Shown here piece by piece: positions 45,744 to 54,846 of a DNA stretch of 64,000 nucleotides (its first letter is position 1; every line of letters starts with the position of its first letter). The DNA is from Alphaproteobacteria bacterium (GTDB lineage Bacteria > Pseudomonadota > Alphaproteobacteria > JBMOFM01). The position numbers and the translations under genes were made by a program. The notes beneath the pieces were generated by a model, which saw only the letters and a program-made list of their open reading frames with translations, was not told where the DNA came from and made no database searches. The stretch is from NCBI GenBank assembly GCA_049318825.1, contig JBMOFM010000001.1:228-64227 (forward strand), written 5' to 3'.

Positions 45744-46379
45744 ATGGGTTTGAAAAGTTTTTTTGCACTGATAACCATGGAATGGCTGGCTGTTAGCCGC
45801 AGGGGTTGGCAAATGGGTGCAGGGTTGTTGCTATTTTTACTGCTTTGTTTTCTTTCGCCTTACTTAGGCATTGCTGCAGCACAATTATCTGCTTTTTTAT
45901 GGGTAGGTTTGCTTTTTGCTGTATTGCTAGGATTAGAGCGCCTATTTCGCGAAGATTTGGCCGATGGTACCTTGGCACGTTATAAAATTGCCCATTTTCC
46001 ATTATGGTTGGTGGCAATGATAAAAGCTGTTTTTAACTGGTTGGTGGTGGTGGTGCCATTAGCCTTATTAGCCCCATTATTATTAGAAAATAACAAGATA
46101 GAACATAATATGTTGGTGGTAGCCAGTTTGGCGATGGCTGGGTTAGTATTTAGTTTTTATGGCATGATGCTAGCGGCTTTAACTGCCATGGCGCAGCATG
46201 TTTCTTTATTGCAACCCCTTTTATTATTACCCTTGTATTTACCAGCGCTGATTTTTGGTGTGGATGTGGTTAATAATGGTTGGGGAGCGTCTTTTTTCTA
46301 TTTAGCTGCTTTTGCGGTGAGCAGCCTCTTGATAGCACCGATGATAGCTGGCTTTGCTTTGGATGCCAATTTGGCTTAA
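45744..46379 (+). CDS. ccmB: Heme exporter protein B (cytochrome c maturation)
   Basis: LERLFREDLADGTL and LLLPLYLPALIF align with E. coli CcmB. The start lies 2 nt after the ArsR stop. Confidence 0.85.
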   Translation: MGLKSFFALITMEWLAVSRRGWQMGAGLLLFLLLCFLSPYLGIAAAQLSAFLWVGLLFAVLLGLERLFREDLADGTLARYKIAHFPLWLVAMIKAVFNWLVVVVPLALLAPLLLENNKIEHNMLVVASLAMAGLVFSFYGMMLAALTAMAQHVSLLQPLLLLPLYLPALIFGVDVVNNGWGASFFYLAAFAVSSLLIAPMIAGFALDANLA

Positions 46380-46491
46380 AACAACAAATGATTGATGAGC
46401 TATTTTTCTGCTGTTTTTAGATTAACTTATTATTGCTTTTTATAAGGCAGAATTCACTAAGCAGGAATGAGAAACTCAGAAAGATTTTGCC

Positions 46492-47499
46492 ATGCCCCAT
46501 CATAGTACCCGTTTGAAAGATTTGATGTTCAGTGACATGTATATTGCCGCTGATCCATCCATCAGTTCACAACATGAAGTGGTATATTTTCGGCCAACAC
46601 CGGTCATTGGCTCGGATGAACGGGGGGTGCAGCCTTTACCTGAATCTTATGCGCATGATATTTCTAGTTTAAGAAAGATGCTTTCTAAATATCATGCTAA
46701 AGAATTTCGCATAGTGTATGATGATGTTCTCTACCGTGTTGCCGTACTGCCCGATATTAACGCGCCTTGGTATATATTGCGGCGTGGTTTTAGTGTATTG
46801 CCAGCGTTAAGTGATTTGGGAATGAAGCCTATTGTGGCTGACAGATTATTAAAGCTTGGTCAGGGCTATGGTCTTATTTTAGTGGCCGGTGCTATGGGAT
46901 CGGGCAAAACCACCACTTGTTCTTCATTGTTTTGTGAATATTTATCCCATTATGGGAATGTGGGGGTAACAGTTGAAGACCCTGCTGAGCTGCCACTTTC
47001 TGGCTTGGTTGGTAAGGGAATTTGTTACCAGATTGAAGTGGACCATGATGATTGGGAAACCCCGTTAAAAAAGGTATTTCGTTTTGCAGCACGCTATCTT
47101 TTTGTGGGTGAAATTCGCACCCCCGCTGCGGCAACCCAAGCCTTACGCGCCGCTGCTAGAGGGTTGCTGGTGGTAGCCACTGTGCACGCTAATAATATTG
47201 TTGATGGCTTGCATGTGGTAAAAGTATTGGCCGCTTCGCAAGAAGGAGAAGAAGTGGCACTGATGATGTTGGCTGAAACAATCAAGGCCATTATGGTAAC
47301 CTCGCTGAACCCTAGATTAGAAGTAACATCTCTATTTGCAGAAAATAATGCTGCTGATCCATTAGGGATCATGATCCGTGATGGAAAATTCTCTCAGATT
47401 GGTACATTAATCCAACAACAAGAAGCCTTAGTAGCAAGGCAAGAAAAAGAAGAAAAAATGAGAGCAATGACGAACGTCACTACCACAAAACAACGTTAA
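46492..47499 (+). CDS. PilT/VirB11-superfamily secretion-type ATPase, orphan
   Basis: Walker A GAMGSGKTTT, Asp box VEDPAELPL, Walker B YLFVGEIR and His box VVATVHANN. 335 aa. No pilus or secretion genes nearby. Confidence 0.75.
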   Translation: MPHHSTRLKDLMFSDMYIAADPSISSQHEVVYFRPTPVIGSDERGVQPLPESYAHDISSLRKMLSKYHAKEFRIVYDDVLYRVAVLPDINAPWYILRRGFSVLPALSDLGMKPIVADRLLKLGQGYGLILVAGAMGSGKTTTCSSLFCEYLSHYGNVGVTVEDPAELPLSGLVGKGICYQIEVDHDDWETPLKKVFRFAARYLFVGEIRTPAAATQALRAAARGLLVVATVHANNIVDGLHVVKVLAASQEGEEVALMMLAETIKAIMVTSLNPRLEVTSLFAENNAADPLGIMIRDGKFSQIGTLIQQQEALVARQEKEEKMRAMTNVTTTKQR

Positions 47500-48319
47500 A
47501 CGAGCCACCTAAAGAATTTTTTTCTAGGCTTGGTGCGGGTAATAATTCTACCAATAGCTTGGCTTGATCGCCAATAGCTAAAGAGTTAAGCACGGGATCG
47601 CTAGCATTGAGTGGTTCATGCAAGAAGAAGAGTTGGGTGAAAAAGGGTTCTTGCCCTTCTTCCCATACCGCCATGTGTAAATAGGGAGCGCGGTTATTGG
47701 AAGGGACAGGACGAATGGTGCGAAACTGATAAAAGCCTTTTTCATCGGTTTTTGTACGGCCAAACCCTTGAAAGCCGATCTCTTGGATATTGCGATTACC
47801 ATCATGGTGAAAACGGCCAATAGTATCGGTTTGCCATATTTCTACAACGGCACCCGCTACGGGTGTGCCTTCCCTTGTGGTAACAAAACCATTAATCCAT
47901 GTGGGGGTACCCTTAGCGGCAGGGGCTGATTGTACTTTGTAGTGCACTAAATTGGAATCATGATCGGGCGGTAGAATGGTTGGGTAGCTTTCGCCCGCGT
48001 TGAGATAAGGGGTAGTGGGATCATAGGGGATTTGTGCCAATGATGGTTCTGCTGATGATGCTGATAGGGAAGCATTATCAATAGCTGGAGCGGTTTCTGG
48101 CGCATTATTATTTTCTGTATTGGCCATGGGCACAGGACTGCCCATTGGTGGTAGTGGTTCTGTTGTAATGCTGGATTCTCGCGCTAATTCTTGGTTTACT
48201 TCTTGAGCTATTGCTGATATTGGCGCAAAAAAACAGATGCCCCCTAGGATATGGGCGCCCAACCCAAGACATGCTAGGCTAGATGAAACATGATGAGGGA
48301 AATTTTTACGGGGTTTCAT
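47480..48319 (-). CDS. Exported intradiol ring-cleavage dioxygenase-like protein
   Basis: GTPVAGAVVEIWQTDTIGRFHH, GFGRTKTDEKGFYQFRTIRP and APYLHM blocks. N-terminal signal/TM segment. 20-nt convergent overlap with the ATPase gene. Confidence 0.75.
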   Translation of the reverse strand: MKPRKNFPHHVSSSLACLGLGAHILGGICFFAPISAIAQEVNQELARESSITTEPLPPMGSPVPMANTENNNAPETAPAIDNASLSASSAEPSLAQIPYDPTTPYLNAGESYPTILPPDHDSNLVHYKVQSAPAAKGTPTWINGFVTTREGTPVAGAVVEIWQTDTIGRFHHDGNRNIQEIGFQGFGRTKTDEKGFYQFRTIRPVPSNNRAPYLHMAVWEEGQEPFFTQLFFLHEPLNASDPVLNSLAIGDQAKLLVELLPAPSLEKNSLGGSFNVVLW

Positions 48320-48330
48320 GATTATTATCC

Positions 48331-49254
48331 TCAAAAAATTTGCGTGCCAAAAAATTGATGTGCATGGGGTGGTGGTAGAATAATTGTTTTTACACCATCA
48401 ATGGTAAATATTGTAGATGCAGCCATGGCCTTTTGCCAAGCATCAATTTTTACCATGGCGATCCCATGTCCTTGTTCGTAACTTAATATGTGCCCAATTT
48501 CTTGATTTTCTGCCATTATTGGCGTAGAAATATCCAGTGAAGGGATGAATTTTTCTGTATGAAAACCAGCCAGCCTTTTTTTGACCAACCCACGATAATG
48601 GGTTCTGGCAGTGAGTTCTTGCCCCATATAGCAGCCCTTACTCCAAGAAATGGTGTGTAAACAATCCATATTGGCTTCTAAAAGTAAGGTTTTTTCAGGA
48701 ATTAACTCAGCTGGATATTCTGGCACTATATGCTGGAGGCGGCGCAATGAGTATGTTTCATCCTTATTAGCTTCTTGTAATATAGTTGGTGATTCGCAAG
48801 CGCTGAGAAGCCGCCAGCCCATAGCGGCCAATCTGGGATCGCGCGCTAGCCAATAATCATTACCAGTTATAACATCGCCTTCTGTTATTGGCCATTGGGT
48901 TTGCTCATTCTCCTTATTCGGCCAGAGTGCAAAGCTGTGATAATTGGGGCTAATATCGGTAATTTCTACTTTGCTGCGCAAACGAAACATCAGCAAGCGT
49001 TGCCGTATGGCAGGCAAGTGGGATAGGGGCATTTCCAATAGTACCCCTTCTGGCTGCCACCAGATAAAAAAATCGCTGATATAACGGCCTTGAGGGGTGA
49101 GAAAACAAGAATACACCATTTTATTGGGTTGGCAGAGGGTAATATCTTGGGTGATAAGCCCCTGCAAAAAGCTGATTGCATCTACCCCTTGCACCGATAA
49201 GATGCCACGTTCTGGTAATTGGCTATAGGAAAAATTAGTTACATCTGCTATCAA
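48331..49254 (-). CDS. ygfZ: YgfZ/CAF17 folate-binding Fe-S cluster repair protein
   Basis: Signature KGCYMGQELTARTHYRGLVKKRL. TTG start. Confidence 0.85.
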   Translation of the reverse strand: MIADVTNFSYSQLPERGILSVQGVDAISFLQGLITQDITLCQPNKMVYSCFLTPQGRYISDFFIWWQPEGVLLEMPLSHLPAIRQRLLMFRLRSKVEITDISPNYHSFALWPNKENEQTQWPITEGDVITGNDYWLARDPRLAAMGWRLLSACESPTILQEANKDETYSLRRLQHIVPEYPAELIPEKTLLLEANMDCLHTISWSKGCYMGQELTARTHYRGLVKKRLAGFHTEKFIPSLDISTPIMAENQEIGHILSYEQGHGIAMVKIDAWQKAMAASTIFTIDGVKTIILPPPHAHQFFGTQIF

Positions 49255-49309
49255 CGCATCACCTTTAGTTTTTTATCTTTATATTTTTTAATATGATGTT
49301 GTGCAAGCC

Positions 49310-50290
49310 ATGGCAGTAAAAAACCTTCTTTTTATTGGCCCCACCTGTTTGGGGGATATGGTGATGGCCAGTGGAATATTGCAGCATTTATTGCACAATA
49401 ACCCTGAAGCGCGCTTCACCCTTGCTTGTGGGCGTGTGCCTGCCATGCTTTTTAATGGCCACCCCGCTTTGCAACAAGTGATTATCCTTAAAAAAGAACC
49501 ATGGAAAAAACATTGGCTGAAACTCTATTGGCAATGTCGTTCGGTGGATTGGGATATTATTGTTGATGTACGCAATTCACTGGTGGCGCGTTTATTACCA
49601 GCCCGCCAAAAGCTGATATTATCGGCAAAAGAGCAGGGTGTTCATGCGGTTGAACAAATCAGCGCCTTATTGGCAAAAGGCCAGATTTATGCTCCTTATT
49701 TGCATATTCCCCCTGCGGCAATGAATAAGGCGCAGCAATTATTAGCGGGCGTTCCAGCTGGCATGCCTCTTATTTTGGTGGCACCAGCCGCTGGAGATAA
49801 GGGCAAGGAATGGTTGCCAGTGAATTTTGCCAAAACCTTGGAATATTTAACAGCCGCTACGGGTTTATTACCCCATGCTTATATTGGCATGATGGGTGCT
49901 GAGAGTGAGCGTGCTGTTTGTGAAGCCGTGATGAACGCATTGCCTGCCGCGCCCATTATTGATTTGGTGGGTAATAACACGCCGTTAGAAGCGGCCGCTA
50001 TCATGGCACGGGCGCAATTATTTATCGGCAATGATTCGGGGCTTTCACATGTGGCTGCTGCCATGAACACCCCCACCATTGTATGTGCAGGGGCCGGAGT
50101 GGCGTGGCGTTCTAAGCCATGGGGGCAACATGTTTGTTATGTTTCACCGTTAAATGATGATAGCAGCCGTCGGCAAAATATGGCCCGTTATGATGAAGAA
50201 GCGGCTAAAGCCGTGATGGCGCAATTAAGCGTTGACAGGGTGATGGAAGCAGCCCAAAAACTTTTACATCAAGAAAATCGAAGGACATAA
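49310..50290 (+). CDS. Glycosyltransferase family 9 (heptosyltransferase-like)
   Basis: LLFIGPTCLGDMVMA N-terminus and NDSGLSHVAAAM block. Confidence 0.8.
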   Translation: MAVKNLLFIGPTCLGDMVMASGILQHLLHNNPEARFTLACGRVPAMLFNGHPALQQVIILKKEPWKKHWLKLYWQCRSVDWDIIVDVRNSLVARLLPARQKLILSAKEQGVHAVEQISALLAKGQIYAPYLHIPPAAMNKAQQLLAGVPAGMPLILVAPAAGDKGKEWLPVNFAKTLEYLTAATGLLPHAYIGMMGAESERAVCEAVMNALPAAPIIDLVGNNTPLEAAAIMARAQLFIGNDSGLSHVAAAMNTPTIVCAGAGVAWRSKPWGQHVCYVSPLNDDSSRRQNMARYDEEAAKAVMAQLSVDRVMEAAQKLLHQENRRT

Positions 50291-50293
50291 ATC

Positions 50294-51346
50294 ATGGATT
50301 CAATTACCATCATCCAGCCCGATGATTGGCATGTGCATTTACGCGATGGCGAGATGTTAAAATTAGTGGCGCACTACACGGCGCGCCAGTTTGGCCGCGC
50401 CATTATCATGCCCAATTTGAAGCCGCCAGTAACCGATTGGCAAAAGGCAGAAGCCTATCGCCATGAGATTATGGCTGCCTTACAAGGCCATGGTGCTGGG
50501 GTAGAATCATTTACCCCTTTAATGACGTGCTATTTAACCGATGATAGTGACGCTGGCAATATTATAGAGGGACATCAAAATGGTGTGTTGACCGCGGCTA
50601 AGCTTTACCCTGCCCATGCCACCACTAATTCTGCCCACGGCGTTACTGATATAAAACATATTGCCCCTGTTTTAGAGGCTATGCAAAAAGCAGGCATGCC
50701 GCTGTTAATTCATGGAGAAGTGACCAGAGCCGAGGTTGATATTTTTGACCGTGAGAAATATTTTATCGACGAACAGCTGATACCCTTGCGGCGGCAATTT
50801 CCAGCATTAAAGATTGTGTTGGAGCATATCACCACCGCTGAAGCAGCGGATTATGTAGCAGCAGAACATGCTACTGGCTTTTTGGCTGCCACCATCACCG
50901 CGCACCATTTAATGATTAATCGCAATGCCATGTTTCAAGGTGGCATACGCCCCCATTATTATTGTTTGCCCATCGCCAAGCGTGAAAAACATCGCTTACG
51001 CTTGAGAGAAGCAGCGGTTTCTGGTTTGCCTTGTTATTTTTTAGGTACTGATTCCGCACCGCACCCTATTCAAGCCAAAGAAACTTCTTGTGGTTGTGCG
51101 GGTATTTTTACCGCCCCCACGGCTATTGAATTATATGCGGGCGTGTTTGCTGAAGAAGGCAAGTTGGATAGATTGGAAGGTTTTGCCAGCTTATATGGCC
51201 CCGCATTTTATGGTTTATTGCCCAATGAGAGAAAAATTACCCTCATTAAACAGGCACAAACAGTAGAGGCCATGGTGGGGAGCGGCAGTGAAACAATATT
51301 GCCCTTTATGGCCAATGAAACTTTACCTTGGGTTGTTAGTACATAA
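50294..51346 (+). CDS. pyrC: Dihydroorotase (class II)
   Basis: PDDWHVHLRDGEML...GRAIIMPNLKPPVT is colinear with E. coli PyrC. Confidence 0.93.
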   Translation: MDSITIIQPDDWHVHLRDGEMLKLVAHYTARQFGRAIIMPNLKPPVTDWQKAEAYRHEIMAALQGHGAGVESFTPLMTCYLTDDSDAGNIIEGHQNGVLTAAKLYPAHATTNSAHGVTDIKHIAPVLEAMQKAGMPLLIHGEVTRAEVDIFDREKYFIDEQLIPLRRQFPALKIVLEHITTAEAADYVAAEHATGFLAATITAHHLMINRNAMFQGGIRPHYYCLPIAKREKHRLRLREAAVSGLPCYFLGTDSAPHPIQAKETSCGCAGIFTAPTAIELYAGVFAEEGKLDRLEGFASLYGPAFYGLLPNERKITLIKQAQTVEAMVGSGSETILPFMANETLPWVVST

Positions 51347-51359
51347 GCAGGTAGAAAAA

Positions 51360-53003
51360 TTGGCAACGGAAATAATTTTACTACAACATAACCCCCTAGT
51401 GGGGGATGCGCGCGGCAATGCGGCTAGATTAGCGGCATTAATTGGCCAATATGCTGTGTTATCTCGTTCGGTGTTGGTGGTGACTTCCGAATTATATATC
51501 AGTGGTTACCCGCCTGAAGATTTATTATTGCGCCATGATTTTTTAGATAGCTGTACAAAAGCATTGCAGGATTTAGCGTTATTAACCGCTGGTACAAGCG
51601 TTCAATTATTGGTGGGTGCCCCCAGAAAAGAGGCTGGCTTATGTTATAATTCGGCCTTTTTGTTAGCTGATGGCAAAATACAGCAATATATTGATAAAAC
51701 TCATTTGCCCAATTATGGCGTGTTTGATGAAAAAAGGTTGTTTGTAGCGGGTTGCCATATTCACCCCATGGATATTGGTGGAGTTTTGGTTGGGGTGATG
51801 ATTTGTGAGGATATGTGGCAAGCGGATGTAGCCGCAGCCTTGAAGGATCGAGGGGCACAATTTTTATTGGTGCTGAATGCCAGCCCCTATGAACAAGATA
51901 AGCAAACAGAAAGATTAGACAAAGCCAGAGCAAGGGTTACAGAAACCGGCCTTGCTTTATGTTATGTCAACCAAATAGGCGGGCAAGATGATCTGGTGTT
52001 TGATGGTGGGTCTTTTGCCCTAAATTCTGCGGGCGAGATGATTGCTAGGGGTGAGTTTTTTGCCCCTTCTATCCTAGAACTTCAGGCGAATGGGGCGGGG
52101 GTATTATCTTCATCCACTCCTTATTTAGCTGTTCATCCAGCCAGGGAAGAATTGGATTATACGGCCTTAATGATGGGGCTAAGGGATTATGTAGAAAAAA
52201 ACCATTTTGCGGGCGTGGTGCTTGGCTTATCCGGCGGCATTGATAGTGCCTTAGCGGCAATATTGGCCGTTGATGCGTTAGGGGCAGAGCGCGTGCGGGC
52301 ATTAATGCTACCTTCTGATTTCACCAGCGATGAAAGCTTGGAGGATGCCGCAGAAATTGCCAAGCGTAGTGGTATAAGATTACAGCAATGCCCAATTATG
52401 CCCGCCATGACGGTGATGGAAAATAGCCTATTGCCAGTAATGGGTGCGGTACGGGGATTAACCCATGAAAATTTACAATCGCGCTTGCGTGGTATATTAT
52501 TAATGGCGGTTTCTAACGCCACGGGTTGGATGGTGTTATCCACGGGTAATAAGTCGGAATATGCTATGGGTTATGCCACCTTATATGGTGATATGTGTGG
52601 TGGTTTTGCCGTATTGAAGGATCTGTATAAAATCAGGCTTTATGAATTAGCTAGATGGCGCAACCTTTATGTGCCGCCGAGTTCTTTATGCCCCCAATTA
52701 TCCTTAATACCCGATAATTGTTTAAGCCGTGCACCCACCGCTGAATTGGCACCTGGGCAAAAGGATGAAGATTCTTTGCCCCCTTACCCTGTATTGGATG
52801 CCATATTAGAAGGGTTAATTGAAGGGCGTTGTTCGGTAAGTGATATGGTGAATAAGGGCTTTGCTGCGCCATTGGTGCAGGAGGTATGGAAAAAATTGCT
52901 GCGCGCTGAATATAAAAGACGGCAAGCACCACCTGGGGTAAAAATTACCCGTCAAGCCTTTGAACGAGAGCGACGCATACCAATGACGCAAGGGTTTCTA
53001 TAA
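51360..53003 (+). CDS. nadE: Glutamine-dependent NAD+ synthetase
   Basis: N-terminal CN-hydrolase domain (ICEDMW) plus a synthetase domain (GLSGGIDSA). I propose the TTG at 51360 because the longer ORF overlaps pyrC by 59 nt. Confidence 0.88.
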   Translation: MATEIILLQHNPLVGDARGNAARLAALIGQYAVLSRSVLVVTSELYISGYPPEDLLLRHDFLDSCTKALQDLALLTAGTSVQLLVGAPRKEAGLCYNSAFLLADGKIQQYIDKTHLPNYGVFDEKRLFVAGCHIHPMDIGGVLVGVMICEDMWQADVAAALKDRGAQFLLVLNASPYEQDKQTERLDKARARVTETGLALCYVNQIGGQDDLVFDGGSFALNSAGEMIARGEFFAPSILELQANGAGVLSSSTPYLAVHPAREELDYTALMMGLRDYVEKNHFAGVVLGLSGGIDSALAAILAVDALGAERVRALMLPSDFTSDESLEDAAEIAKRSGIRLQQCPIMPAMTVMENSLLPVMGAVRGLTHENLQSRLRGILLMAVSNATGWMVLSTGNKSEYAMGYATLYGDMCGGFAVLKDLYKIRLYELARWRNLYVPPSSLCPQLSLIPDNCLSRAPTAELAPGQKDEDSLPPYPVLDAILEGLIEGRCSVSDMVNKGFAAPLVQEVWKKLLRAEYKRRQAPPGVKITRQAFERERRIPMTQGFL

Positions 53004-53004
53004 A

Positions 53005-54129
53005 ATGGCTGCGATTAAAGCATTGTCACAAGAACAAAAATTACAGGCCTTGCGCTTATGGCGCAGTGAGAATGTTGGCCCGATGACGTTTTGGGGGCTA
53101 ATGCGCCATTATGGTAGTGCTGAAAATGCTTTGGCGGCTTTGCCAGAATTGGCTAAAAGGGGCGGGCGTAAAAAACCATTAGTGGCTATTTCTCTAGCGG
53201 AGGTAGAAAAAGAATATAGAGCGATTGAGGCATTAGGGGCAGGGTTGGTGGCATGGTGTGAGCCAGAATACCCCGATGGATTGCGCCAGATTACTGATGC
53301 ACCGCCTTTTATTGTGACTAAGGGATTTCAACATTTATTGCGTAAGGCCAGTATTGCCGTGGTAGGCGCCCGCAATGCTTCGCTTAATGGTCAGAAAATT
53401 GCCCGCCAATTTGCAACTGGCTTTGGTGAGCATGGGTTTGTGGTTACTTCTGGCCTTGCTAGGGGGATTGATCGGGCAGCGCATGAGGCCAGTTTAGATA
53501 GTGGCACCATTGCCGTGATGGCTGGTGGGATTGACCATATTTATCCTTCGGAAAATCGTGATTTATATGCACAAATTGCGGAAAGAGGCTTGATTATTAG
53601 TGAGTGGCCCCCTGGGGTTGTGCCACAGGCTAGTTTTTTTCCCCGCCGTAACCGCTTGATTTCTGGCTTATCTGTAGGGGTAGTGGTGGTGGAAGCGGCG
53701 TTACAATCGGGTTCATTAATTACGGCGCGGATGGCCGCTGAACAAGGGCGCGAGGTTTTTGCTGTGCCCGGTTCACCCGCGGATCCGCGGGCGCGCGGGT
53801 CTAATTTATTGTTGAAAGAAGGGGCGCAATTGGCCGAGACGCCCGATGATGTATTGCAGGCTTTTCAGCGGGGCTACCGTGGTGATTTACGCGAAACTGG
53901 TGATGAATGGTTGAACGCCCCCATGGCCATGCAACAGGTGGAAGAAAGAGTGGATGCCGCCAGAGCATGGTTATTAGAGGTGTTAAGCCCCACACCGATT
54001 GCCATGGATGAAATATTGCGGCAAGCCCCTTTTCATATTGGTGAGGTAATGGCTGCCATTTTGGAATTGGAACTGGCAGGGCGTATAGAACGCCAACCTG
54101 GGAACAAAATTTGTGTGTTAATTACTTAA
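53005..54129 (+). CDS. dprA: DNA-processing protein DprA
   Basis: VVGARNAS, SGLARGIDRAAHEASL and GSLITAR blocks. Confidence 0.92.
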   Translation: MAAIKALSQEQKLQALRLWRSENVGPMTFWGLMRHYGSAENALAALPELAKRGGRKKPLVAISLAEVEKEYRAIEALGAGLVAWCEPEYPDGLRQITDAPPFIVTKGFQHLLRKASIAVVGARNASLNGQKIARQFATGFGEHGFVVTSGLARGIDRAAHEASLDSGTIAVMAGGIDHIYPSENRDLYAQIAERGLIISEWPPGVVPQASFFPRRNRLISGLSVGVVVVEAALQSGSLITARMAAEQGREVFAVPGSPADPRARGSNLLLKEGAQLAETPDDVLQAFQRGYRGDLRETGDEWLNAPMAMQQVEERVDAARAWLLEVLSPTPIAMDEILRQAPFHIGEVMAAILELELAGRIERQPGNKICVLIT

Positions 54130-54156
54130 AGATTATAGCTATTATATAATGGCTTC

Positions 54157-54726
54157 ATGCAAATTTCTTCGCTCCTTTCACAAACAGCCTTACCAAAGCC
54201 AGCAGTTAAAATGGCTGGGGCATGTGATTGTGGGGGAGGGTGTAGCAGCTGCCAAGCTAAAAAAGATAAAAATGTGGCTGGTGCTGATAGCAGCAATTCT
54301 GGTGTGAGTGATTTGAAAAAAACCAATGATGCGGTGGTAGCGCATGAAAAAGCGCACCAAGCCGCTGGCGGTGCGTTGGCTGGTGGTGCCAGCTATAAAT
54401 ACACCACGGGGCCAGATGGCAAGCGTTATGCGATAGCGGGAGAAGTGCCGATTGATGTTGCGCCTGTGAGTGGTGACCCAGCGGCGACTATTCAAAAAAT
54501 GCAGATAGTGCAGAAAGCAGCATTAGCGCCAGCCGACCCTTCGCCGCAAGATTATAAAGTGGCGGCGTTAGCCAATCAGCAATTATTGCAAGCGCAACAA
54601 GAATTATTAAGCAATAAAAGCGATGAGCAAAACCCCGATCAATCCTCTTCAGCGATTATTCCTGCCAACATTACAAAAGCCATTGCCCAATATAATCAAC
54701 ATCAACAAATTGCTGATAATAAATAA
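54157..54726 (+). CDS. SprA-related family protein (putative metalloprotease-like)
   Basis: VVAHEKAHQAAGGALAGGASYKYTTGPDGKRYAIAGEVPID and DPSPQD blocks are typical of that family. Confidence 0.65.
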   Translation: MQISSLLSQTALPKPAVKMAGACDCGGGCSSCQAKKDKNVAGADSSNSGVSDLKKTNDAVVAHEKAHQAAGGALAGGASYKYTTGPDGKRYAIAGEVPIDVAPVSGDPAATIQKMQIVQKAALAPADPSPQDYKVAALANQQLLQAQQELLSNKSDEQNPDQSSSAIIPANITKAIAQYNQHQQIADNK

Positions 54727-54727
54727 T

Positions 54728-54844
54728 AAAGCCAAGCTCACATAAAATGAGCTTGGCTTTATTTATCATTTCACGTACCCATAAGGGTACGAGGCCGCAG
54801 TCGCGCCCTTTATAGTTAAGCTCATTTTATGTGAGCTTAACTAT
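54728..54844. repeat. Composite palindrome: two hairpins sharing an inverted 21-nt core, flanking a third hairpin
   Basis: Hairpin A at 54728-54760, hairpin B (CGTACCC-ATAA-GGGTACG) at 54774-54791 and hairpin C at 54812-54844. AAGCTCACATAAAATGAGCTT (54734-54754) is the exact reverse complement of 54818-54838. Confidence 0.85.
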
Positions 54845-54846
54845 AT

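Noticed and set aside
51288-51359. N-terminal extension of nadE that overlaps pyrC by 59 nt
   Set aside because: The extension has no similarity to NadE N-termini, and a TTG at 51360 gives a conventional start. It is left unresolved rather than called a real overlap.
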